From positions 6,624,491-6,688,490 of the forward strand of contig NC_057720.1 in the NCBI RefSeq assembly GCF_004010195.1: DNA of 64,000 bases. Direction: 5' to 3'. This DNA comes from Chiloscyllium plagiosum. Lineage: Eukaryota. Below the pieces are notes generated by a model. It ran no database searches, had not been told where the DNA came from, and saw only the letters and a program-made list of their open reading frames with translations. Of this stretch, positions 52,151 through 63,625 are shown in pieces (within the stretch, counting starts at the first letter, position 1; every line of letters starts with the position of its first letter). The position numbers and the translations under genes were made by a program.

Positions 52151-52238
52151 CTCTCACCCTAAACCTATGCCCTCTAGTTCTGGACTCTACCCCACTCTCA
52201 CCCTAAACCTATGCCCTCTAGTTCTGGACTCTACCCCA
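52151..52238. repeat. 44-bp tandem duplication inside a CR1 tail
   Basis: ctctcaccctaaacctatgccctctagttctggactctacccca x2. Confidence 0.95.
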
Positions 52239-53329
52239 TCCCCATCCCACATCCTCCAGGGAGAAGACCTTGTATATTCACCCTATCATGCCCCTCAGGA
52301 TTTTATAAACCTCTGTAAGGTCCGATGCTCCAGGGAAAACAGCCCCAGCGTCAAATGGCCTCCTTTTGCATGAATGTTTTGCTCCTTCTTTAATGATTTT
52401 GTGATTCTGTAATTCTGAGTAATCACTTCCTGCCTCCCAATTCCACCATGAGCCAGGAACAAGTCAGGAGAGTGATGGAATACTCCACACTCACCTGGCT
52501 GAGTGCAGTTCCAACAACACTCAAGAAACACAACACCAGCCTCTTGATGTAGCGGCTTTGGAGAGGTTTACCACGATGTGGCCTGGATTTGAGTCTACTG
52601 GAGCCTTCTTCAGAAGTGCCACTCAACCTGAAAAGTTAACTCTGATTTCTGTTTATAGATGCTGCCAGATCAGCTGTGCCTATCCAGCGATTTCCATTCT
52701 CCTATCTCATTTACATAATCTACAGTCCTTTTGGTTTTGAAAAAAATGAGGTCTTGTTTACACCTTTATGTCATTGAGATTGTCCAGGTCTTGCTGCATT
52801 TGGACACAGACTCCTGATCGTGTAACATTTATAGAACTGTTTGTGAAGTTCTCAATAGAAAAGCTCCAAGTGTGAAATCATATGATATTTGCAGTTATTG
52901 CTGAACATTGCATCTGCCTGATGATTAATAGCTCAGCTTACTGGGCTATAATGGTTTTCTAATGCTACTGCCATCAATCTCCAAAGAGAACTGCATGACT
53001 CATTGCTTATAGATGTCCTGTCAAGTATCTGATCAGTCAATTCTCCAGAGAGAAGGCCCTTTTCCTTCATTCATTCACTAGTTAGGCCAGGACTTACTGC
53101 TCATCCCTAATTGCCCAGAGGGCACTTAAAACTCAACTCTGACGAAAGATCACTGTGAGGTTTGGAGTTGCATGTAGGCCAGACCAGGTGAGAATGGCAG
53201 ATTTCTTTCCCTGAGGGGCATCAGAGAACCAGATGGGTTTCATGGTCAGCAGTAGGCCGCCGGTTACAAATTTGTGGGATATGAATCCAGATTGCTTTGG
53301 GTTCTGGGTTGTTAATTTGATTTACCTAA

Positions 53330-53820
53330 GCAGCTCAGCATTGTCTTCATGACCTGTCCTATCTGCCAATCTCCCTTCCAACCTATTCACTCCACCCTCC
53401 TCTCTGACCTATCACCTTCATCTAACCCCCATCCACCTATTGTACTCTTTGCTACCTTCCCCACCCTCCTTTCTGGACCTATCACCTTCATCTAACCCCC
53501 ATCCACCTATTGTATTCTTTGCTACCTTCCCCATCCTCCTTTCTGACCTATCACCTTCATCCTAACCCTCATCTACCTATTGTACTCTTTGCTGCCTTCC
53601 CCACCCTCCCCTCTGACCTATCACCTCCATCCTCACCCCCATTCAACTATTGTACTCTTTGCTACCTTCTCACCAGCCCCACCCTCCCCCTCCACCCCCA
53701 TTTATCTCTCCACCCTGAAGGCTTCCTGCCTCCTGATGAAGGGGTTTTGCCCAAAACGTCGATTTTCCTGCTCCTCGGATGCTGCCTGACCTGCTGTCCT
53801 TTTCCAGCATCCCTCTGATC
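53330..53820 (+). mobile_element. PLE 3' UTR/pLTR containing four ~70-bp tandem units (53392-53670)
   Basis: Unit ccaccctcct.tctgacctatcaccttcatc...tattgtactctttgctaccttcc. Hammerhead remnant at 53733-53760. Confidence 0.85.
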
Positions 53821-54393
53821 TAATCACCATGTCACTACCTCCCTTGGAATGCTGGGAATGTTGGGAATGTTGAAAGATTGGACAGATTGGTGTTGTTTTC
53901 CTTGGAGCAAAGAAGGCTGAGGGTTGCCGTGATTGAGGTATACAAAACTGTGAGGGGTAGAGACAGAGCAGACAAGAGGAATCCGTTTCCCTTGGCAGTG
54001 AGTTTAAAAGCTTGAGGTCATAGATTCCAGCTCAGTGGCAGAAGGTTAGGAGGGGATGCGGGAAAAAAGTTTTTTTTTTAACGCAGAGGTTGGTGGTGTC
54101 TGGAATTTATTGCCTGAGTGGAGACAGGGACCTTAAACTCTTTAAAAAACGTTCCTGGATCTGCACCTTAAGTGCTGTAGTACAGGGCTCAGGGCTGTGT
54201 GCAGGAGGATGGGATTAGAAAGGACATCTGGGATGTCTTTGAGTCACCATGGACAACATGCTGAATGGCCTCCCTTTGTGTTGTGTCATTTCTGTGGTCC
54301 TCTGGATAATTTTTAAGTGCCATGGAAGTACCCAATGCCCAACTCACTGGTTCAGACCAAAACAGACACGAGCCTGCTCCAGGCAATAATGTT

Positions 54394-55070
54394 TGCTATT
54401 ACACTGGGTAAACCCTCCTGCTTAGTTTAAAACCAGCAACACAGAAAAGATTTATCCTGTGCAGTAATCTGTAAAAATTCGATAGGCCAAGAACTACTTA
54501 AAATAAAAATGAACAACTTTATTTCTTAAAGTATAACAGAGAATAATTAACTAACAACTATTTACAACTCCTTCCTCTAACCTATCTTTTACTTTCCCTT
54601 CTACAACACTAGTCCGATAAAACTCCCAATTACGATTTACAAAACAAAACTTCTTACGTCAAAACCAGGCAGCTTTCAGTCATTTTTTTCTTCTTGGGAT
54701 AGTGCTTCACAGGTTATTGATCAATAAAGGCACCTTTAAGAGAGCTACTTTTTCAGACAGTCTTTACATGCCAGTGGCTTGATAGTTCTCCTCCCAACTG
54801 TTCAATTTTCTGCTGAACTTATACGCCCAAAGCATCAGAATGTGTCATTGGCTTTTAAAATTGTCAATATACTCAATTCAAACTGGATTGGAGTTTGGTA
54901 TTTTTCGGGGTATAATTTAAACTGATTGGCCTAATTCGAATCTGTTTTGTTGTTTCCAGGTAACCAGCTACCCCAGTAGCTGGAGCACATGTTACATTGT
55001 ATTTTTTTCCGAACACTTGTTAGCTTTTAACTCTCTTAAAGGTACTGTATACACACACATCTTCATAACA
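54394..55070 (-). mobile_element. Solo LTR with 4-bp TSD
   Basis: Minus strand runs TGttatgaag...gtgtaatagCA. TSD tgtt at 54390-54393 and 55071-55074. Minus-strand AATAAA near 54520. Confidence 0.75.
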
Positions 55071-56827
55071 TGTTGCAATAGTGAAATGCTTATAAACTAG
55101 ACAATGGTCCACTCTCCTTCAACAGCAGCATTGTTATGTATATGTGTATATTACACACTGAGGTGATTCTATGAAGGTTCTACAATGAAAAGTCAAATCA
55201 TATAGAATCATAGAGTCATAGAGATGTACAGCTTGGAAACAGACCCTTCGGTCCAACCCGTCCATGCCAACCAGATAACCCAACCCAATCAAGTCTCACT
55301 TGCCAGCACCCGGCTCATATCCCTCCAAACCCTTCAAGGGATGAGGTTGTTGCTGGCCTGGTCAGTACTTACTTTCCATCCTGAATTTCCCAAGCCAGTT
55401 AAAAGTCAACCACATTACTGTGGGTCTGGAGTCACTTGTAGGCCATACGAGAGGAAGGATTAGTGAATCAGATGGGTTTTTTCCCAACAATTGATTCACC
55501 GTCATCATTAAACCCTTAATTCCAGATATTTATTGAATTCAAATTCCACCATCTGCCTTGGCACAGTTTGAGCTCACATCCCCAAAACATATTCTGAGTC
55601 TCTGGGATTAACAGTCCAGCGATAATGTCACTGAACTATTGCCTCCCCTTCATTATCTAGTGCTTTCTCAGGCCTGTAAGAAATCTCTGAGAATTCCACT
55701 TGGAAGATGAACTGGTCAACAAGCTGGTGATGGGAGAGCTGGATGCAATGAAAAATTAACAGAAGGCTAGAGACACAGGTCTCTGCAATAATTTCCTGCC
55801 AGAAAGTGCTGCTGAACCAGAGGCTGCAAATTCTTTTCAAAGACAATTAGAAAGCATTCTGAAAAGGATTGAGGATTATTTAAGAGTACAGCTTGCAGAC
55901 GGGGGGTGGGGGGGGTGGGGTGAGAACAGATCAGCCTCATGTGAACACAACAGACAAGAGCAAGATGAGGTCATTCAAAGAGATGATAGTGGATTTTCAC
56001 CCCAGGTACAAAAAGAATTGCAAGGATGTTACCAATACCAGAAGGTTGGAGTTATAAGGAGAGGCTGGACAGTCTGGAACTTTCTTCCCTGGAGTATAGA
56101 AGGCTAACCTAATAGAGGTTTATAAAATCATGAGGGGCACGGATAGGGCGAATTGCCAGGGGTAGAGGATTCCGAATCTAAAGGGCAAAGGATTAAGGTG
56201 AGAAGGGAATGATTTAAAAGGGACCTAAGGGGCAACTTTTCCATGCAGACAGTGGTGCGTGTATGGAATTATCTGTCAGAAGGAATGGTGGAGGCGAGTA
56301 CAATTACAGCATTTAAAAGGCATCTGGATGGGTACATGAATAGAAAGGATTTTGAGGGATATGGGCCAAATGCTGGCAAATGGGACTGGATTAGGCTAGG
56401 AAACCTGGTCGGTGTGGACAAGTTGGGCTGAAGGGCCTGTCCTGTGCTGTATGACTCTATGGTGTGGAGATGCCAGTGTTGGACTGAGGTGGACAAGATC
56501 AGAATTCAGAGTCGAGAGTGTGGTGCTGCAAAAGCACAGCAGGTCAGGCAGCATCCAAGGAGCAGGAGAATCGACGATATGGGCAAAAGCCCTTGATCAG
56601 GAATTCACACGACACCAGGTTATAGTTCAATCGGTTTATTTGAAATCACAAGCTTTCGGAATGCTGCCCCTTCGCAGAGTCAAATAAACCAATTGGATTA
56701 TAAACTGGTGTCATGTGACTTTTGACCATATGACTCAGTTCTGAAGGTACATTGGTGTGAGTTTCTAAAAACTCAAGATACATGAAGGCTGAACACACAG
56801 CTCCTGCAATTTCATTACATTTCTTGC

Positions 56828-57089
56828 TGCGAATCCTCTTGCAAGGATGCCTGCCTTGAAGAAGTTCACCTTCTCTCTCTACAAGACTCTATGCTACTTT
56901 CTCCCCATCCCCACCCCCCTCTCATTTATCTCTCCACCCTGCAGGCATCCTGCCTCTATTCCTGATGAAGGGCTTTTGCCCGAAACGTCGATTTTCCTGC
57001 TCCTTGGATGCTGCCTGACCTGTTGTGCTTTTCCAGCACCACTCTAATCCAGACTCGGGTTTCCAGCATCTGCAGTCCTCATTTTTACC
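56828..57089 (+). mobile_element. Short PLE-derived insertion, family A
   Basis: Perfect 12-bp TSD tacatttcttgc (56816-56827, 57090-57101). Confidence 0.9.
56962..56989 (+). ncRNA. Minimal hammerhead motif, family A, intact core
   Basis: uc-CUGAUGA-a-GGGC-uuuu-GCCC-GAAA-cg-UC-ga. Confidence 0.8.
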
Positions 57090-57647
57090 TACATTTCTTG
57101 CCATCAGTTCTTAGTCTCAAGTGATTTGACATCATGTTGACATAGCCCTTCATGGACATGGCCAGTAGCTGTTGTCAGTTTAGAGGTACAATTGACCCTT
57201 AGGCCACAAATTCCACCTTCCCACATTATCCTTGTAACCCTTAACCCCAGTCCAACACCAGCATCTCCAAATCAGGAGATTACAGTTTGCTTTGTAATGC
57301 ATTTCTCCCTCTTTAATCCAACCTGTTGAAGCTCTCTCAACACCCCATAGGTGTGACATTCCAGGGGTGTCTCCGTAGACAGCAACAGGATTTATATCTT
57401 GAGTCATTTTGTCCATACCACTCCTCATGTTGGAATTAAAACTGAATACATCCACAGAGATTCAGGATTATGATCCAAAATCATGACAAAAGCATAGATT
57501 TCCTTTGACCACAGAGATAAAAAGTCATCTCTTCCCTCAGAGGATTTTGAAGTGTTTTGAGTTCCCTCGACTGCTCTAAATGCTCAATCATTGATCACAT
57601 TCAAGGTAGTGGTAGATCAGCATTTTGCATACTAAGGAGATTAAGAG

Positions 57648-57800
57648 AAAAATCACACAACACCAGGTTATAGTCCAACAGGTTTAATTGGAAGCACAAG
57701 CTTTCACAACCACCTGATGAAGGAGCAGCGCTCCGAAAGCTAGTGCTTCCAAATAGCCCTGTTGGACTATTACCTGGTGTTGTGTGATTTTTAACTTTGT
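57648..57800. mobile_element. Fold-back element, family B
   Basis: Inverted arms; one ribozyme deleted, one intact. Confidence 0.85.
57714..57742 (+). ncRNA. Minimal hammerhead motif, family B, intact core
   Basis: cac-CUGAUGA-a-GGAGC-agc-GCUCC-GAAA-gc-UA-gug. Confidence 0.8.
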
Positions 57801-58607
57801 AATATCCTGGTGTTACCTCTGACTGAACAGGATGGGAGAAACGACAGTGAAAGACTTGAAATGTGAGCTTGCTTTCTCTCCATGGGCGCTGCCTATGATC
57901 TCCAGCATTAGGTGTTTTCCATTCAGGCAAGAGACATGTTTTGTTTCAAGTTTCAAGAATAAACAAGAGCAGAAGTTAAAGCAGACAGTTCAACCCCACT
58001 CTGTGCACACTGGTAGGAGATCAAGTGCTGGTGAGCTGAGCCACTTGTTTGTATCAGTAGGCTAAGGTGTCTGAGCCTGGATTTGGATGTGTGTGCGCTG
58101 TGGAGTTGCCAGTTAAAAGAATCATCCACTAGTCACCCCTGCATTGTACACTCACACTGAGCATTAAATGCCAGTTAGCAAACAAGTGGAAAAGAAACAG
58201 GTGAAAACAAATTCAACCAATCTGCCAGACCAAGAATCAACTACTCAACTATTAACATCCTGCAGTCTATGCTTTCTGGGTAATTGCGCAGAGACTGTCC
58301 TGCTCAGCTTTTAATGTTTACCCTTTTTTTGGATCGTCTCCTCTTTGCCAATCCGTTTGTCCATTTGGTTTGTTCTTCTTACGTTTCGTTAACAAATGAA
58401 CTCAAGCAACCCAAAATAAACTGGTTCCTTTGAAACATTTTGCCTGGGAGAAGGTCTCCACAATAGTAGGGAATCCGTTATGAGTTAACCAGACGAGAGG
58501 GTGGGTAAGTGGAGAAAGGGAGCCATTTCAGCCGTCCTCACCCGCGAGCTTTAACCATTTGGAGTTTCCTGTTGGGAGCCCGGGTAGGTTATCGAAACTT
58601 TTTTTTA

Positions 58608-58906
58608 AGATTAGATTCCCTACAATGTGGAAACAAGCACTTCAGCCCAACCACACCGGCCCTCCGAAGAGTAACCCACCCAGACCCACTTCCCTCTGAC
58701 TAATGCACCCAGCACTATGGGCAATTTAGCGTGGCCAATTCACCTGACCTGCACATCTTTGGACTGAGGGAAGAAACCAGAGGAAACCCACGCAGACACG
58801 GGGAGAATGTGCAAACTCCACACAGACAGTTGCCCGAGACTGGAATGGAACCTGAGACCCTGGTACTGTGAGGCTGCAGTGCTAACCACTGAGCCACCGT
58901 GCCACC
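58608..58906 (-). mobile_element. HE1-type V-SINE
   Basis: Antisense head gtgctaaccactgagccaccgtgcc, V-domain and tail. Confidence 0.9.
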
Positions 58907-59046
58907 CCTTTGTGGGCTCTGGTTATAACACTTTATTTTGGAAGCGTATGGAGAATGTTATTCTGTAACAAACCAAAAATGCACTGGTGTACTTTATTTA
59001 CACTTTACTGAAAATTGAGAGCATCAGCTAGAGGAAGGTAGGATCT

Positions 59047-59860
59047 ACCCTGATCCATCCGGGTCGATGCTACTGCCAAGAAAGCACACCAATGCCTCAA
59101 CTTCTTCAGGAGGCTAAGGAAATTCCACATGTCCACAACAACTCTCACCAATTTTTATGGATGCATCATAGAAAGCATCCTATCCAGGTGCAGAGCAGCA
59201 TGGTAAGGCAATTGCTGTGCCCAAGACTGCAAGAACTATCGAGAATCGTGAACGCAGCCCAGTCCATCGTGAAAAACATCCTTCCTTCCATTGACTCAGT
59301 CTACACAAAGCAGCCAACATAATTAAAAACCTCTCCCACCCTGGTTATACCCTCTCCCACCCTCTTCTTTTGAGCAGAAAGTACAAAATTTGAAAACACA
59401 TACCAACAGATTTAAGAATAGCTTCTTTCCTGCTGTTATCAGACTTCTAAATGGACCTCTCATATATTAGATTTGATCTTTTTCTGAAGTTAAAAATCAC
59501 ACGACACCAGGTTATAGTCCAACAGGTTTATTCAGAAGCACTAGCTTTTTCGGAGCAGCGCTCCTTCATCAGGTGATTGTGATGAAGGAGCGTCACTCCG
59601 AAAGCTAGTGCTTCTGAATAAACCTGTTGGACTATAACCTGGTGTCGTGTGATTTTTAACTTTGTACACTCCAGGCCAAAACCGCCACCTCCAAATCACG
59701 ATCATTATCTGCAATTTCCCTGTAGCTGTAAAAGCATATTCTGCATTCTGTTCTATTACCCTGAAAAACTTACGGAAGGTTTGGTCTGTCTGGATAGCAC
59801 ACAAAACAATACTTTTTACTGAATCTCACTACATGACAATAATAAATCAAATCAAAATAG
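59047..59860 (+). mobile_element. Rex1/Babar-like LINE 3' end with a nested family B fold-back element (59488-59697)
   Basis: accaatttttatggatgcatcatagaaagcatcctatcc (TNFYGCIIESILS) and (aaatc)n tail. The nested palindrome has near-perfect arms. Confidence 0.8.
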
Positions 59861-61121
59861 ACAGAGTCGTAGTAATGCAGAGACCCAGGCTAGGGGTGTG
59901 TGTTTGATTCCCACCGTGGTCGATGATGAAATTAGAATGAATGAAAATTTGAGATTATAAACTGGCTTAATTGTGACCACTACTGATTGTTACAAAAACT
60001 TATCTGGTTCACTAATACCCTTCAGCTAGTGCTGTCCTTATGTGGTCTGGCTTACATGAAACCTCATAGCCACAGCAATGTGGTAAATAGTAACAGCCAC
60101 CTCAAATGACACTAACTAGTTGGATTAAATGGCACTTAGTGAAGGGCAATAAATGCCAGTGATGCCCTTGTCCCCAAAAACCAATCAATTTTGTTTCAAA
60201 AGATTCCAAAACAATCAATAACTGTTTAAGCTCTTTCTTCACATGTACTGGTTAAGGAAGGCTTTTACTCAGAATATGAGATTGCCCCTAGCTTCTTCTG
60301 AGGGATCTGGAAATTCGTGTTGCAACCCAACAAGATTCCCAAACTGGTGTGAACTTAGTTTTAGGACGAGGGGTTCCAGATTTAAAGCAGGCATGAGGAG
60401 GAATTAGAGACAGTCAGGACTGCAGATGCTGGATGTCAGAGCCAGTAGGTGTGGAGCTGGGGAAACACAACAGGTCAGACAGCATCCGAGAAGCAGGAGA
60501 GTCAGGAATTCAGGCTGGAACCCTTCTTCACTGACCCTATATTATGGGTGCTATATATGCATGCTATCGCTGCCATTGCCTCTCCTAGTATACTGCGAAT
60601 GTAAACTGTGGAGTTGCAGTCATTGTGTGGATCAAGTTTTGAAGGGGGAGATGGTAGTTTAGGGGTAATGTCATTAGACATCTGATCCAGAACTTCAGAG
60701 TCATGTTCTGAGGGTCATGTGCACAAATCCCTCCATGGCAAATGGTGAAATGTGAATCCAATAGAAAGGTGGTGTAATAGAAATCATACAATAACCATCA
60801 ATTGTTGAAAAACATTATCTGCTTCAATAATGTCCATTTGGGAAGGAAGTCTGTTCTGAACCTATCCTATTTACAATAAAATGGTGCCAATTTATGACTG
60901 ATATGAAAAGGATTTCCTTCTGTTAGAGGGTAGTGAGTCTCTGGAACTCCTTGCCAGAGACAGCAATGGAGACAGAGTTCCTGCGTATATTGAGAATCCC
61001 CAAGAAGGTGGTGATGGCAGGGTCCACTCAAGAGCAGCAGGCTGGGTGTACACTTCTATCTCCTTTTCGTTCCCCTTTGCACTTTATTCTTCATCCGTTT
61101 TCGGCAGCAACAATGAAAGAA

Positions 61122-61177
61122 GGCAGTGAGAGTGTGGGGCAGTGAGAGTGTGGGGCAGTGAGAGTGTGGGGCAGTGA
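61122..61177. repeat. 16-bp minisatellite running into an assembly gap (61178-61677)
   Basis: ggcagtgagagtgtgg x3.5, then 500 N. Confidence 0.9.
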
Positions 61178-61677
61178 NNNNNNNNNNNNNNNNNNNNNNN
61201 NNNNNNNNNNNNNNNNNNNNNNNNNNNNNNNNNNNNNNNNNNNNNNNNNNNNNNNNNNNNNNNNNNNNNNNNNNNNNNNNNNNNNNNNNNNNNNNNNNNN
61301 NNNNNNNNNNNNNNNNNNNNNNNNNNNNNNNNNNNNNNNNNNNNNNNNNNNNNNNNNNNNNNNNNNNNNNNNNNNNNNNNNNNNNNNNNNNNNNNNNNNN
61401 NNNNNNNNNNNNNNNNNNNNNNNNNNNNNNNNNNNNNNNNNNNNNNNNNNNNNNNNNNNNNNNNNNNNNNNNNNNNNNNNNNNNNNNNNNNNNNNNNNNN
61501 NNNNNNNNNNNNNNNNNNNNNNNNNNNNNNNNNNNNNNNNNNNNNNNNNNNNNNNNNNNNNNNNNNNNNNNNNNNNNNNNNNNNNNNNNNNNNNNNNNNN
61601 NNNNNNNNNNNNNNNNNNNNNNNNNNNNNNNNNNNNNNNNNNNNNNNNNNNNNNNNNNNNNNNNNNNNNNNNNNNNN

Positions 61678-61867
61678 ACAACCGGAAGTGGCAGACAAAC
61701 CACTATAAATGCCGGAGGAAACATCACAGAAGTGCTTCACAGGAGGCTCCCAAGCACTGAGGATGTCACCGAGACAGGGGACGAAACGTCTGCAACACAA
61801 ATTCCCAGCTCGGCGAACAGACCCACAACGAGCACCCGAGCTACAAATCTTCTCCCAAACTTTGAAC
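61678..61867 (+). mobile_element. Probable PLE terminal repeat, family D
   Basis: CpG-rich segment with tataaa upstream of an intact hammerhead; unrelated in sequence to families A-C. Confidence 0.65.
61757..61790 (+). ncRNA. Minimal hammerhead motif, family D, intact core
   Basis: gca-CUGAGGA-u-GUCaCC-gagaca-GGgGAC-GAAA-cg-UC-ugc. Stem I gca/ugc. Confidence 0.8.
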
Positions 61868-62632
61868 TATTTCTGTTAGTTATGATTCTGAGAGTATGAC
61901 TGTGTCAGACTGTTGCTTGACTGGTCTGTGGGTCCAACTTTTGTTACAAATCTCCCAGATGTGAGTATGGAGGACTCAGATCAGCTATGGTCTTATTGAA
62001 TGGCAGGATGTCATGACTGGCCCAAATGGTCAATTTGTAGATCTGTACGCTCACCTGCACTTTCTCATGAAAGTTGTTCAGTCCAACATAAACCTTTGTC
62101 CTTTTTGTCAACTGCACAATTCAGGAGAAAGCCCTAAAAAGGTCTTGTGGAAAGTGTAGTTTAATCGTGATAGATGTTTCTTTCTGCAATGTGTCCTTCC
62201 AAGAGTGTAAATCTACTATCTATGCTTTCTAACTTCTTCTTAGCCTGAGCATTTTATAAAACATTACAGACTTTAAGCATTAACCTTGACCTATTAAGTA
62301 AACATAAACCTTGTTCGGCAGGCTGACATCCCGTAACATTTTATTTTCTGAGACTTATATTTAATATGGAAATGTACAGTCGTTCCAAACCAGATAATGA
62401 GGCATGTGGTTAATGGAAACATTCATTCGTTCTGGCACAGGGTCACCGTGATGATGGAAGTGCTGATTTACAGGAACATTTCAGGGTGCGGCAGCTTCTT
62501 CATAGATAAGGATTCGCACAAGTTTTCAAACAGTGCTTCCAATTAATAATGAAATACATAGAACAAAGAGGACTTTCCCACAGTGTGCCTCATGACCTCG
62601 GAATGCTCTCTAGCACTTCATGGCCAATGACA

Positions 62633-63130
62633 TCATAGACTCACAGAAAGAGGCCATTCAGCCCATCATGCCTGCAATAGGTCTTCAAATAAGCATCATT
62701 AACTACCACTAATCTCCTGCCTTTTCCCCGTATCCTTGAAGAATGTTCCCATCTAAGTAACCGTCCAATACCCTCCTGAATGCTTCAGTCCAACTTGTCG
62801 CCACTACATTTCCAGGCAGTGTATTCCACACTCACCACTCGCTGTGTGAAAAGGGTTTTTCTTCACTTCAACCTTGTTTCTTTTGCACGTCACATTATAT
62901 CTATCCCATCTCATTCTTGCCCCTTTTACAATCGGTTATGGCTTCTCCCTGTAAATGGCCAAGATTTTGACAACCTCTATCAAATCTCCTCTCAACCTTA
63001 TTCTCTCCAAGGGGAACAGTTCCACCTTCCTCAATCTATCGTCATCACTAAAGTTTCTTATTCCAGAAACTATTCTTGTGAATCCTTTCTGCACTCTCTC
63101 CATTGTGTTCACACCTTTCTTATAAAATAT
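62633..63130 (-). mobile_element. CR1 3' end
   Basis: MERVQKGFTRIVSG...LFPLERIRLRGDLIEV.KI. Confidence 0.8.
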
Positions 63131-63194
63131 AGGAGCAGGATCAGTCCATCCACAACCGCACGCAATATTCCAGCTGAAAAGGTTTGCTCGCGGG

Positions 63195-63625
63195 ACTGTC
63201 TGTGTGGAATTTGCACGTTCTCCCCGTGTCTGCGTGGGTTTCCTCCAGGTGCTCCAGTTTCCTCCCACAGCCCTAAGATGTGCAGGTTAGGTAATAGAGT
63301 CATAGAGTCTTACAGATGTCCAGAGCAGAAACAGGCCCTTCGGTTCAACTTGTCCATTCCAACCAGATATCCTAACCTAATCGAGTCTCATTTGCTAGCA
63401 CTTGGCCCATATCCCTCTAAACCTTTTCTATTCATGTACCCATCCAGATGCCTGATAAATTGCCTATGGTATCGAGGGCGGGCAGGCTCGGTGCAGTAGC
63501 CATGGGAAATGTAGGGCTACAGGGATAGGGTAGGGATATGGCTCTGGGTGGGATGCTCTTCGGAGGCTTGGTGTGAACTTGATGGGCTGAATGGCCTGTT
63601 TTTGCACTTTAGGGATCCTATGACT
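63195..63625 (+). mobile_element. HE1-type V-SINE interrupted by an antisense CR1 tail (about 63295-63460)
   Basis: V-domain at 63195-63290; SINE tail at 63490-63625. Confidence 0.8.

Noticed and set aside
53392..53670. CRISPR-like array
   Set aside because: Contiguous units without unique spacers, inside a eukaryotic retroelement UTR.
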